Positions 39,235 through 48,971 of a stretch of 53,020 nt of DNA are shown here, piece by piece. The stretch lies in assembly GCA_051868755.1 (NCBI GenBank), contig JBJEAF010000072.1, forward strand, positions 1 to 53,020, written 5' to 3'. The number at the start of each line of letters is the position of its first letter. Positions within the stretch are counted from its first letter, which is position 1. Both the position numbers and the translations under genes were made by a program. The notes beneath the pieces are model-generated. The model was not told where the DNA came from. It worked only from the letters and a program-made list of their open reading frames with translations, and did no database searches. This DNA is from Alloprevotella sp. GTDB lineage: Bacteria > Bacteroidota > Bacteroidia > Bacteroidales > Bacteroidaceae.

Positions 39235-40206
39235 ATGGAATCAGTTCACGAACGCTACATGCGCCGCTGCCTGCAACTGGCCCGCTGCGGCCGGCTGCAC
39301 GCTGCCCCGAACCCCATGGTAGGATCGGTGATAGTTCACGGCTCACGCATCATCGGCGAGGGCTTCCACACCCAATGCGGCAAAGCGCACGCCGAGGTAA
39401 ATGCCATCGGTTCGGTGAAGCCGTCCGACCGCGCCCTGCTACCCGAAAGCACACTCTACGTGAGTCTGGAGCCGTGTGCCCACTTCGGACGCACGCCGCC
39501 CTGCGCCGCGCTGATCGTGAAAACGGGTATCCGCCACGTTGTCGTGGGCTGCATCGACCCCTTCGCCAAGGTACAGGGCAAGGGCATAGCCATGATGCGC
39601 GAAGCGGGCATCGACGTGACGGTGGGCGTGCTCGAAGACGAATGCAAGCAGCTGAACCGCCGTTTCTTCACCGCCCAGACGCTCCACCGCCCCTACATCA
39701 CCCTGAAATGGGCACGCTCGGCCGAAGGCTTCATTGACCGCTGGCGCGACACACCCGACACCGAACCGGCCGCCCTGTCGACCCCTTGCTCGCTGATGCG
39801 CGTACACCGGCTGCGCGCCCTGCACCAGGCCATTCTGGTGGGACACGGCACGCTGGCCAAGGACCGCCCCACGCTGACCGTGAGACACTGGACGGGGAGC
39901 GACCCGCTGCGCGTGGTGCTGGGACGGGTGGCCGAAGGCGAACTGCCCGGCGGATTCCAGGCTTATGCCGACATTCGCACCATGCTCGACGCCCTGTACC
40001 GCCAAGGCGTACAGTCGCTGCTCGTGGAAGGCGGACAGCAAACGCTGCAGAGCTTCATCGACCAGGGCCTGTGGGAAGAAGCCTATGTGGAACTGTCGGA
40101 CGTGGAGCTGGGCAGCGGAGTGCCCGAACCGCGTATGCCGGTGGGCACGCTGCTGAAGGCCGAATCGGCCCTGGGAGCCACCGTCTTCCACTACACCAAC
40201 TGCTAA
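39235..40206 (+). CDS. ribD: Riboflavin biosynthesis deaminase/reductase RibD
   Basis: PNPMVG, HAEVNA, LEPCAHFGRTPPC, LKWA and LLVEGG. Start moved to MESVHERYM. Confidence 0.95.
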   Translation: MESVHERYMRRCLQLARCGRLHAAPNPMVGSVIVHGSRIIGEGFHTQCGKAHAEVNAIGSVKPSDRALLPESTLYVSLEPCAHFGRTPPCAALIVKTGIRHVVVGCIDPFAKVQGKGIAMMREAGIDVTVGVLEDECKQLNRRFFTAQTLHRPYITLKWARSAEGFIDRWRDTPDTEPAALSTPCSLMRVHRLRALHQAILVGHGTLAKDRPTLTVRHWTGSDPLRVVLGRVAEGELPGGFQAYADIRTMLDALYRQGVQSLLVEGGQQTLQSFIDQGLWEEAYVELSDVELGSGVPEPRMPVGTLLKAESALGATVFHYTNC

Positions 40207-40246
40207 GCACGGCCACAAAAACTGCGGCAAAGATAACCATTGAAAG

Positions 40247-40306
40247 CTATAGAAGGCTATAGAAAGCTATAGATAACTATAGCAGGCCATAGATGACTAT
40301 AGACAA
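40247..40306. repeat. 10-bp-period micro-array, CTATAG + 4 variable nt (6 units)
   Basis: ctatagaagg/ctatagaaag/ctatagataa/ctatagcagg/ccatagatga/ctatagacaa. Confidence 0.85.
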
Positions 40307-40359
40307 GCGCGGCCTTGCGCCGCCTACCCCATTCACCCCAACCACAAACTAACGAAGCG

Positions 40360-41301
40360 ATGTCATCACTTCCCCCCATCACCCGCAATCTGCTGATTGC
40401 CAATGTCGTATGCTACCTGTTGCAAACGCTGCTCGGCACCCTGCACATTGACCTGACCGACGCGTTGGGCCTGCACTTCGTGCTGGCCAACGACTTCAGG
40501 GTCTGGCAGCTCTTTACCTATATGTTCCTCCACGGCAGCCTGACCCACCTGTTCTTCAACATGTTCTCGCTGTGGATGTTCGGCGGACTGATAGAACGCA
40601 CACTGGGCAACCGCCGCTACCTCACCTATTACCTCATCTGCGGTATCGGTGCCGGCCTGTGTCAGGAAGTGTGGCAAACAGGGCAGTACTTTGTCGAAGG
40701 GCTGCACGAGTTTGACATGGTCAACACCGGCACCTCGCTCATTCCGATGAGCGACTTCCTGAACCTGTGGACCACCATCGGCGCCTCGGGTGCCTGCTAC
40801 GGCATCCTGCTGGCCTTCGGTATGCTCTATCCCAACGAGCGCATCATGTTGCTGCTGCCCCCTATCCCGATGAAAGCCAAGTACTTCGTGGCAGGCTATG
40901 CGGCCATCGAACTCATCTCGGCCTACGGCTCGAACGACAATGTGGCCCACTTTGCCCACCTGGGCGGTATGCTCTTCGGCTGGCTGCTCCTGCGCTACTG
41001 GCGCAAGCAGCGCAACCGCGCGGCCTCCTTCGGCGCATGGCCCCGCTGGGACGAACCCGCACGGCGGCCCTCGCTGATGCAACGGCTCAGGAGCTGGTTG
41101 GGAATGCCCGCCACCATGCGGCGCGAACAGCCCGGCAACGCCCGACACACCGCCACACGCGAAACGGACTATGACTACAACATGCAGAAAAAGGCCGACG
41201 AGGCCCGCATGGACGAAATACTGGACAAGATCAGACAGTCAGGCTACGACAGCCTGACCCCCGACGAAAAGCGCGAACTCTTCAGGCTGAGCCGCAAGTA
41301 G
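40360..41301 (+). CDS. Rhomboid family intramembrane serine protease
   Basis: WQLFTYMFLH, HLFFNM, GASG and AHFAHLGG; C-terminal DEILDKIRQSGYDSLT. Confidence 0.93.
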   Translation: MSSLPPITRNLLIANVVCYLLQTLLGTLHIDLTDALGLHFVLANDFRVWQLFTYMFLHGSLTHLFFNMFSLWMFGGLIERTLGNRRYLTYYLICGIGAGLCQEVWQTGQYFVEGLHEFDMVNTGTSLIPMSDFLNLWTTIGASGACYGILLAFGMLYPNERIMLLLPPIPMKAKYFVAGYAAIELISAYGSNDNVAHFAHLGGMLFGWLLLRYWRKQRNRAASFGAWPRWDEPARRPSLMQRLRSWLGMPATMRREQPGNARHTATRETDYDYNMQKKADEARMDEILDKIRQSGYDSLTPDEKRELFRLSRK

Positions 41302-41341
41302 GCGGCCTGACAGCGGCGCAACCCTCAAGTCCCCTCTCCCC

Positions 41342-42394
41342 ATGTTCTCAAAGATTCTCGCCACACTCTCCTGGATAGCCGTGCTGGTCATGTGGGCCTG
41401 CGCGGCCAGCGGCTATGCCCACCCCGACCAGTGGTGGTCGGTGTTGGGCGTGCTGGGGCTGTGCTTCCCCTTCGGCGTGGCCGCCGTGGCGGGCATGGGC
41501 GTGCTGTGCCTGCTGTTCAAGCCCAAGTTAGTCTGGATTGCAGTCGTGGGACTGCTGGGCTGCTGCGGTTCGCTGCGCGACTACTGCCCCGTCAACCTGG
41601 CCTCGCCCCCGCCCAAAGGATGCCTGAAGGTGATGACCTACAACGTGTTCGGCTTCAGCGGACAGCAGCCCGACGCGAAAGGCGACTATCCCGCCATGGT
41701 CTACCTCTATGCCAAGAAGCCCGACATCGTCTGCCTGCAAGAAGCCTTCGGCGTAGGCGGCAAGAAGGCTGACAGCCTGCACCTCAGTGCACGCCGCCAC
41801 GGCTACCACTACCGCAAGGAGGAACTGGGCGGCAGCGTGCTGGGCCTGTTGTCACGCTTCCCGATTGCAAAGAGCGAGGTGCTCTTCCGCAGCCGGACCA
41901 ACGGAGCCGCCGCCTTCTGGCTGCTGCCGCCCGGCGAAGACACTATCGTGGTGGTGAACACCCATCTCGAATCAATGGGCCTGAACTCCGCCGACCGCTC
42001 TAACTACGTGGAACTGCTGCACAACCGCACCGACTCGGTGAAGGGCAAACTCGGATTCCTGAGAAAGATTGCCGACGCCTGCCACGAGCGGGCGCACCAA
42101 GGCGACTCGCTGGCGCAATTCATCGACCGCATGCAGGGCCGGCGCCTCATCGTGATGGGCGACTTCAACGACACGCCCATATCCTACTCCCACCGGCAGG
42201 TGTGTTCGAGGCTGACCGACGCATACCGCGCCACGGGTAACGGCATCGGGCGCAGCTTCCACAAAGACGCCATCTACGTGCGCATCGACAACATCTTCTG
42301 CTCCAGCCACTGGAAACCCTTCGCTGCCATGGTGGAGAACTCCATCGACCTGTCCGACCACTACCCCGTCAGCGCCTACCTCAAGCCCCAATAA
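41342..42394 (+). CDS. Endonuclease/exonuclease/phosphatase family protein, membrane anchored
   Basis: KVMTYNV, DIVCLQE, NTHLES, MGDFNDTP, RIDNIF and SDHYPV. Confidence 0.9.
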   Translation: MFSKILATLSWIAVLVMWACAASGYAHPDQWWSVLGVLGLCFPFGVAAVAGMGVLCLLFKPKLVWIAVVGLLGCCGSLRDYCPVNLASPPPKGCLKVMTYNVFGFSGQQPDAKGDYPAMVYLYAKKPDIVCLQEAFGVGGKKADSLHLSARRHGYHYRKEELGGSVLGLLSRFPIAKSEVLFRSRTNGAAAFWLLPPGEDTIVVVNTHLESMGLNSADRSNYVELLHNRTDSVKGKLGFLRKIADACHERAHQGDSLAQFIDRMQGRRLIVMGDFNDTPISYSHRQVCSRLTDAYRATGNGIGRSFHKDAIYVRIDNIFCSSHWKPFAAMVENSIDLSDHYPVSAYLKPQ

Positions 42395-42529
42395 GCCGAC
42401 AATACGCCCCGAATGGCCCAAGTGAGAGCCACAAAAGTGTTAAAAACAAGCCTGCACTTGGAAATCCCACGCCCTTCGTTGTACTTTTGTGCGAATTTAG
42501 CGTTACTGCGCCCTATTCGCAATCAAACC

Positions 42530-43420
42530 ATGGCAAAGAACAGAAAGAAACAACGCAAGGCGGGACGCTTCGGCACCGTGACCACCTGCATCAGCACCAC
42601 GTTGGTACTGCTCCTGCTGGGGCTGGTCGTACTCTTTGTGGGCATCGGCAACAATTTCAGCAAGCAGCTGCGCGAAGGGCTGACCGTCGAAGTGTTGCTG
42701 AATGACAGCATCAAACACACAGAACTGTTGCAAACGCAGGCGGTACTGCACCAAGCACCCTACGCCCGCAAAGTAGACTACATATCAAAGGAGCGCGGCA
42801 CGCGCGAGATGAACGAAGCCCTCCAAGATGACTTGGGCGAATTTCTGGGCGACAGCCCCATTCCAGCCGAATTTGAAGTATACCTCCAGGCCGGCTACGC
42901 CAACCTGGACAGCCTGGTCCGTTACGAGAAGCAAATCAAGGCCCTGCCCGGCGTGATCGACGTGAACTATCCCCGCGACGTGATGGAAAGTCTGGACCGC
43001 ACCATTCCCTCGGTGGGACTGGTGCTGCTGGCCGTCGCCCTGCTGCTGGCCTTAGTGTCCTTCTCGCTCATCAACAACACCATGCGCATGAGTGTCTACG
43101 CCCGCCGCTACAGCATCGCCACCATGAAACTCGTGGGGGCAAGCTGGGGCTTCATACGCCGCCCCTTCATCTGGCAAGCCTTCCGCATCGGCCTGGCCGC
43201 CGCGCTGATAGCCGGACTCCTGCTGGGCGGCGCGCTCTATTACCTGCAATTCGAAGCCGGAACGGGCGATATCTACCTCAACCAGTTGGTCACGCCCGAA
43301 GTGTGGGCCGCCACGCTCGGCACGGTGCTGGTATGCGGACTCGGACTGACCATGGCGTGCGCCTATTTCTCGGTGAACCGACTGCTGCACTGCAGCACGG
43401 CCGAAGTGTACCTGAAGTGA
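42530..43420 (+). CDS. ftsX: Cell division permease FtsX
   Basis: TTCISTTLVL, LINNTMRMSVYARR and MKLVGASWGFIRRPF. -7 box TACTTTTG at 42482-42489. Confidence 0.92.
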   Translation: MAKNRKKQRKAGRFGTVTTCISTTLVLLLLGLVVLFVGIGNNFSKQLREGLTVEVLLNDSIKHTELLQTQAVLHQAPYARKVDYISKERGTREMNEALQDDLGEFLGDSPIPAEFEVYLQAGYANLDSLVRYEKQIKALPGVIDVNYPRDVMESLDRTIPSVGLVLLAVALLLALVSFSLINNTMRMSVYARRYSIATMKLVGASWGFIRRPFIWQAFRIGLAAALIAGLLLGGALYYLQFEAGTGDIYLNQLVTPEVWAATLGTVLVCGLGLTMACAYFSVNRLLHCSTAEVYLK

Positions 43421-43469
43421 GGCCGGCAACAACACGAAACAACATCTTACACCCATAAACTAAAGAATC

Positions 43470-43754
43470 ATGTCTTCAAACAACAAAAAAGTCTTCGCCT
43501 TCGACCGCGTGAACTACCTGCTGCTGGCCGTGGGCATGGCAGTGGTCATCCTGGGCATGGTGCTGATGTCGGGCTCCGGCTCCGACGAGCAGACCTTCAA
43601 CCCCGCCATCTTCGACGCACGCCACATCAAGGTGGCCCCCGCCGTGTGCCTGTTTGGCTACCTCTTTATGATTTACGGCATACTGCGCCGCCCGCGCACC
43701 GAGAAGCCGGCCGACCAGCCGACCGACACAGACAACCCGCAAACTAACGCATAA
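43470..43754 (+). CDS. DUF3098 membrane protein
   Basis: FDRVNY, LMSGSGS, FNPAIF..RHIKVAP; lies between ftsX and uppP. Confidence 0.85.
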   Translation: MSSNNKKVFAFDRVNYLLLAVGMAVVILGMVLMSGSGSDEQTFNPAIFDARHIKVAPAVCLFGYLFMIYGILRRPRTEKPADQPTDTDNPQTNA

Positions 43755-43760
43755 AGAGCT

Positions 43761-44579
43761 ATGGGCAATCTGGAAGCATTGTTACTCGGCCTGCTGCAAG
43801 GTCTCACCGAATACCTGCCCGTGAGCAGCAGCGGCCACCTGGCACTCGGCTCGCAGCTGCTCGGCATCGAAGCCGAAGAGAACCTGATGTTTACCGTCGT
43901 GGTCCACGTGGCCACGGTACTGAGCACACTCGTCGTGCTGGGCAACGAAATAGCCAAAATCTTCAAAGGCACCTTCCAGCCCCTGGGCACAGGCAAGGGA
44001 CTGGCCCGGCTGAACCCCGACCAGCAGTATGTGCTGAACATCCTCGTGTCGATGGTGCCCATAGGCATCGTGGGCGTTTTCTTCAAGGACGAGGTGGAGG
44101 GCATCTTCGGCAGCGGACTGACCGTGGTGGGCTGCTGCCTGCTGCTCACGGCGGCCCTGCTCGCCTTCTCCTACTACGCCAAGCCCCGCCAGCGCGAACA
44201 CATCTCGCCGGCCCACGCCTTTATTATAGGAGTGGCACAGGCATTGGCCGTACTCCCCGGACTGAGCCGCTCGGGCTCGACCATCGCCACCGGCCTCATA
44301 CTGGGCAACAAGAAGAGCAGCATGGCGCAGTTCTCCTTCCTGATGGTCATTCCGCCTATCCTGGGCGAAGCCCTGCTCGACCTCATGAAGGCTGCCCAGC
44401 AGGGATTCGACGCGGCCTTTGCCGGCATCTCGTCCACCGCACTGCTCATAGGCTTCAGTGCCGCGCTCCTCTCGGGCATCCTGGCCTGCAAGTGGATGAT
44501 TGGCATCGTGAAGAAAGGCAAGCTCATCTACTTTGCCTACTACTGCGCCGTCGTGGGCATCATCACCCTGCTGCTTTAA
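43761..44579 (+). CDS. uppP: Undecaprenyl-diphosphate phosphatase
   Basis: [15 protein letters not shown] and [10 protein letters not shown]. Confidence 0.95.
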   Translation: MGNLEALLLGLLQGLTEYLPVSSSGHLALGSQLLGIEAEENLMFTVVVHVATVLSTLVVLGNEIAKIFKGTFQPLGTGKGLARLNPDQQYVLNILVSMVPIGIVGVFFKDEVEGIFGSGLTVVGCCLLLTAALLAFSYYAKPRQREHISPAHAFIIGVAQALAVLPGLSRSGSTIATGLILGNKKSSMAQFSFLMVIPPILGEALLDLMKAAQQGFDAAFAGISSTALLIGFSAALLSGILACKWMIGIVKKGKLIYFAYYCAVVGIITLLL

Positions 44580-44615
44580 TCCCCACACACCCTAACCCGC
44601 AACACACACGCTCAC

Positions 44616-45338
44616 ATGAACTTCCTTACCGGACAGGTACTCTCGTTCGACAAACCCTACGGCATGACCTCCTTCCAGTTAGTGGCCAAAGTGCGCTGGC
44701 TGCTCACCCGCGCCATGCAGGGCCGCAAAATCAAAGTGGGCCATGCCGGCACCCTCGACCCGTTGGCCACCGGCGTAATGGTGGTGTGTACGGGACGCGC
44801 CACCAAACAGATCGACCAGCTGCAGGCGGGCGTGAAAGAGTATGTGGCCACCCTCGCACTGGGAGCCACCACACCGAGCTTCGACCGGGAGCACCCCGTT
44901 GACCAGACCTTTCCCACCGAGCACATCACCGAACCGTTGGTGCGCGAGACGCTCAGCCGCTTCGTAGGCGAAATCATGCAGGTTCCCCCGGTCTACTCGG
45001 CCTGCAAGGTGAACGGCGCACGGGCCTACGACCTGGCACGCAGCGGAAAGGGCCACGAGGTGGAACTCAAGGCCAAGCCCCTGCGCATCGACGAAATCGA
45101 ACTGCTCGACTGCAACCTGCCCGCCCGCGAAATCACCCTGCGCGTGGTCTGCTCGAAAGGCACCTACATTCGCGCCCTGGCCCGCGACATCGGACAGGCC
45201 CTCCACAGCGGCGCACACCTCACCGCGCTGCGCCGCACCCGCGTGGGCAACTACACGGAACACGACTGCTTCACCCTTGGCAGCTTCGAACAGTGGCTCG
45301 CACAGCAAACCATCGAAACCGACCTTCCTAATTCATAA
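44616..45338 (+). CDS. truB: tRNA pseudouridine(55) synthase
   Basis: [20 protein letters not shown] and [13 protein letters not shown]. Confidence 0.96.
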   Translation: MNFLTGQVLSFDKPYGMTSFQLVAKVRWLLTRAMQGRKIKVGHAGTLDPLATGVMVVCTGRATKQIDQLQAGVKEYVATLALGATTPSFDREHPVDQTFPTEHITEPLVRETLSRFVGEIMQVPPVYSACKVNGARAYDLARSGKGHEVELKAKPLRIDEIELLDCNLPAREITLRVVCSKGTYIRALARDIGQALHSGAHLTALRRTRVGNYTEHDCFTLGSFEQWLAQQTIETDLPNS

Positions 45339-45342
45339 GCAC

Positions 45343-46395
45343 ATGAAACTCTCACAGTTCAAATTCAAGCTCCCCGAAGAAAGCATTGCCAAATATCCCG
45401 CACCTCACCGCGACGAGTCGCGCATGATGGTGCTGCACCGAAAGACCGGCGACCTCGAACACCTCATGTTCAAGGACCTCCTGTCGTTCTTCGACGAGCA
45501 CGACGTGTTCGTGTTCAACGACACCAAGGTCTTTCCCGCCCGCCTCTATGGCAACAAGGAGAAGACCGGAGCACGCATCGAGGTGTTCCTGCTGCGCGAG
45601 CTCAACCAGGAGCTGCGCCTGTGGGACGTGCTGGTCGACCCCGCCCGCAAAATACGCATCGGCAACAAGCTCTACTTCGGCGAGGACAACTCGATTGTGG
45701 CCGAAGTCATCGACAACACCACCAGCCGCGGCCGTACGCTGCGCTTCCTCTACGACGGCGACCACGATGAGTTCAAGAAGTCGCTCTACGCCCTGGGCGA
45801 AGCACCCATACCCCGCTTCATAGGCCGCGAAAGCGAACCCGAGGACATGGAACGCTTTCAGTGTATCTTTGCCCGCCACGAAGGAGCCGTGACAGCCCCC
45901 ACCGCCGGTATGCACTTCTCGCGCGAGATGATGAAGCGCATGGAAATCAAGGGCATTGACCCGGCCTTCATCACCCTCCACTGTGGTTTGGGCAACTTCA
46001 GGGCCACCGATGTGGAAGACCTCACCAAACACAAGATGGACTCGGAGCAGATGTTCGTCGAGGCCGAATGCTGCCGCCTCGTAAACCAGGCCAAGGACGA
46101 AGGCCGCAAGGTGCTGGCCGTCGGAACTACCGTACAGCGCGCGCTCGAAGTGGCCTGCAGCACCGACTTCCGCATCAAGGAATATGAAGGCTGGACCAAC
46201 AAGTTCATCTTCCCGCCCTACCAGTTCCACGTGGCCGACGCCATGCTGTCGAACTTCCACACGCCCTACTCCACCCTGCTCATGCTCACCGCTGCCTTCG
46301 GCGGCTACGAGCAGACCATGAACGCCTACGAAGAGGCCCTGAAGCAGAACTACCGCTTCGGACCTTTCGGCGATGTCATGCTCATTATCGATTAG
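45343..46395 (+). CDS. queA: tRNA preQ1 S-adenosylmethionine ribosyltransferase-isomerase
   Basis: [32 protein letters not shown] and [10 protein letters not shown]. Confidence 0.95.
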   Translation: MKLSQFKFKLPEESIAKYPAPHRDESRMMVLHRKTGDLEHLMFKDLLSFFDEHDVFVFNDTKVFPARLYGNKEKTGARIEVFLLRELNQELRLWDVLVDPARKIRIGNKLYFGEDNSIVAEVIDNTTSRGRTLRFLYDGDHDEFKKSLYALGEAPIPRFIGRESEPEDMERFQCIFARHEGAVTAPTAGMHFSREMMKRMEIKGIDPAFITLHCGLGNFRATDVEDLTKHKMDSEQMFVEAECCRLVNQAKDEGRKVLAVGTTVQRALEVACSTDFRIKEYEGWTNKFIFPPYQFHVADAMLSNFHTPYSTLLMLTAAFGGYEQTMNAYEEALKQNYRFGPFGDVMLIID

Positions 46396-46408
46396 TAATC
46401 CAAACGTC

Positions 46409-47311
46409 ATGAAACATAACCTTTACCTTGCCCTCGGCTCGAATCTGGGCGACCGCCAGCAGTACCTTCATAGTGCCCTCGAACTCCTCGCCCAGCGCGT
46501 GGGCAACGTAGTGGCCGCCTCAAACGCCATAGAAACCCTGCCCGTAGGCTTCGCATCGGAAAATCTCTTTCTGAATGCCGCCGCACACGTTGAAACCGAA
46601 CTCGGCATCGACGAAGTGCTGGCCGCCACGCAACAGATGGAGCGCGAACTGGGCCGCCCGGCCAAAAGCGACACTACGGGCTACACCGACCGCACGATCG
46701 ACATCGACCTGCTGGCCTACGACGACGTGCAGTTGCAGCAGCCCGGACTGACACTGCCGCACCCCGCCATGACCCAACGCCGCTTCGTGTTGCAGCCACT
46801 GGCCGAAATAGCTCCCGAACTGGTGCTGCCCGGACAGGCGCACACGGTGAAGGAACTGCTCGATGAGCTGAACCGGGCACGCATCGAGGAGTTTGACACC
46901 CCCGAGCGCGCCGCCGACATCGAGCCACACATCTCGCGGCTGCTGGCCCAGCTCTCGTCGAAGACCAAGAGCATCAGTGCCGAACGACTCGCCCATGTGG
47001 TGTCGGCCCCCAACGTCCACCTCTACCTGCTCTACGACGAGTGTGGCACGGTGAGCGGCATGGCCACACTGGCCGTCGACACGCTGCTCACCGGCACGAA
47101 GGCCTGGGTGGAAGACGTGGTAGTCGACTCCCGCTGCCGCTGCCGGGGCTATGCCCGCCAGATGCTGGCCTTCCTGGAGCAGGAGGGCAGACGGCTGGGT
47201 GCCGCCAGTCTGAACCTGACGTCGCGCCCCGCCCGCGAGGCAGCCAACCGGCTCTACCGGAGGGCGGGCTTCGTTCAGCGCGAAACGAACGTCTACAAAC
47301 TGGCCTTCTAA
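46409..47311 (+). CDS. folK: HPPK (FolK) fused to C-terminal GNAT acetyltransferase
   Basis: N-terminal LALGSNLGDR, FLNAA, DRTIDIDLL, LPHP..RRFVL; C-terminal VEDVVVD..RCRGYA, LTSRPAREAANRLYRRAGF. One continuous frame. Confidence 0.88.
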   Translation: MKHNLYLALGSNLGDRQQYLHSALELLAQRVGNVVAASNAIETLPVGFASENLFLNAAAHVETELGIDEVLAATQQMERELGRPAKSDTTGYTDRTIDIDLLAYDDVQLQQPGLTLPHPAMTQRRFVLQPLAEIAPELVLPGQAHTVKELLDELNRARIEEFDTPERAADIEPHISRLLAQLSSKTKSISAERLAHVVSAPNVHLYLLYDECGTVSGMATLAVDTLLTGTKAWVEDVVVDSRCRCRGYARQMLAFLEQEGRRLGAASLNLTSRPAREAANRLYRRAGFVQRETNVYKLAF

Positions 47312-47351
47312 CACCCGCCACAGCACCTCCTTCTCCAACGACGCAACCGAC

Positions 47352-48797
47352 ATGCCCACCTATCGCCAACTCTTCAAGTCCACCGGCCTGTTAGGCAGTG
47401 TGCAGGCACTCTACATCCTCATCGCCGTGGTACGCAACAAGGTGGCAGCGGCCCTCATCGGTGCGGCAGGCATGGGTCTGGCCGACCTCTATGCCCGCGC
47501 GCTGGAACTGCTGGGAGGGGCGACCAACTTCGGCTTGGGGCTGAGTGCCGTGAAGCACCTCTCTGCCGGGGGCTTCCACACCGATGTGGAGGCCCTGAGC
47601 GAGCAGGTGCGCACGGTGCGCACCTGGGTGGCCATCACGGCCCTGTTCGGCCTGCTCGTTTGCCTCACCCTCTCGCCCCTCATCTCGCTGATGGTCTGCG
47701 GGAGCACCCAGCGCACCGCCGACTTCTGCCTGCTGTCGCCCGCCGTGGCTCTGGCCACGCTGGCCGGCGGTGAAATTGCGTTGCTCAAGGCCATGCGCCA
47801 GCTCAAGCGGCTGGCCCGCGCCACACTGTGGAGCGCGCTGTTCACCCTGGTGGTGAGCGTGTGGCTTTATGCCAGCATGGGCATCAGCGGCGTAGTGCCC
47901 GTACTCGTGTGCGGCGCAGCGGGCCTGTTCGGCTTCAACCTGCGCGAGGCCAGCCAAAGCCACCCCTACCGCGTGGGACCCCTGAACCGCCGCGCCCTGC
48001 GTGCCGGCCTGCCCATGTTGCGCATGGGCACGGCCTACATTCTGGCAGGTGTGATGACCGCCGCTGCCGAAATGCTGATACGTGCCGCGCTGGTGCGCAG
48101 CCATGAGGGGCTGGCCGCCATAGGCTACTACGCTGCCGGCTTCACCCTCACCGTGAGCTACGCCCGCTTGGTATTTGTGGCTCTCGATGCCGACTACTTC
48201 CCGAGACTCTCGGCCATACCGGCCACCGATGTGCGCGAAATGAACGTCACCATCAACCGCCAGATCAACACCTTGGTGGTGATTATGGTGCCTTTCCTCA
48301 TGGTGTTCAGCCTGTTCCTGCCCTTCATCATCCGACTGCTCTACACGAGTGACTTTCTGGTCATCCAGACCATGGTGCTCTGCGCCGCTCCCTACATGTT
48401 CTTCAAAGCCATCTACACCCCCGTAGCCTACCTGCCACTGGCCCGGGGCAACTCGGTGCGCTATATGGTCATGGAACTGGCCTACGATGCCGTGTTCTGC
48501 CTGAGCGTCATCGGCGGCTACTACTGGGGCGGGCTCACCGGAGCCGGTGTCGGCCTGTCGGTAGCCAACCTGTTCGACCTGCTGCTCATCAGCTACTGCT
48601 ACCGCCGCCATTACGCCTTCAGCCTGAGCAGCGGCACGCGGATGCGCTGCCTGTGGCTTTTCGCCATCCTGGCCGCCACGCTGTGGGTTTCGGCGCAGCC
48701 TTCCCTGCTGCTACGCGCCGTCGGCGGAACTGTGTGCCTGTCACTCACCGTTCCCTACGTATGGCCGGTAGTGCGGAAGGGGCTTTTCAGGCTATAA
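47352..48797 (+). CDS. Oligosaccharide flippase (Wzx/MOP superfamily)
   Basis: YRQLFKSTGLLGSVQ..RNKVAA, GYYAAG and DYFPRLS; about 12 TM segments. Confidence 0.85.
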   Translation: MPTYRQLFKSTGLLGSVQALYILIAVVRNKVAAALIGAAGMGLADLYARALELLGGATNFGLGLSAVKHLSAGGFHTDVEALSEQVRTVRTWVAITALFGLLVCLTLSPLISLMVCGSTQRTADFCLLSPAVALATLAGGEIALLKAMRQLKRLARATLWSALFTLVVSVWLYASMGISGVVPVLVCGAAGLFGFNLREASQSHPYRVGPLNRRALRAGLPMLRMGTAYILAGVMTAAAEMLIRAALVRSHEGLAAIGYYAAGFTLTVSYARLVFVALDADYFPRLSAIPATDVREMNVTINRQINTLVVIMVPFLMVFSLFLPFIIRLLYTSDFLVIQTMVLCAAPYMFFKAIYTPVAYLPLARGNSVRYMVMELAYDAVFCLSVIGGYYWGGLTGAGVGLSVANLFDLLLISYCYRRHYAFSLSSGTRMRCLWLFAILAATLWVSAQPSLLLRAVGGTVCLSLTVPYVWPVVRKGLFRL

Positions 48798-48971
48798 GTA
48801 TTTTCGAAGGTTATAAGGTTATAGCATTACTAAAGTAAGTCAGGAAGCTCCGCCGCTCAATGACAGACTTTATAACCTCATAACCCAATAACCTCATAAC
48901 CCAAGAAAGCAACCTACCCCACCATTCCCCTCCTCCTCCAAGCAAACAACCAAACCACAAAACCCAACAAA

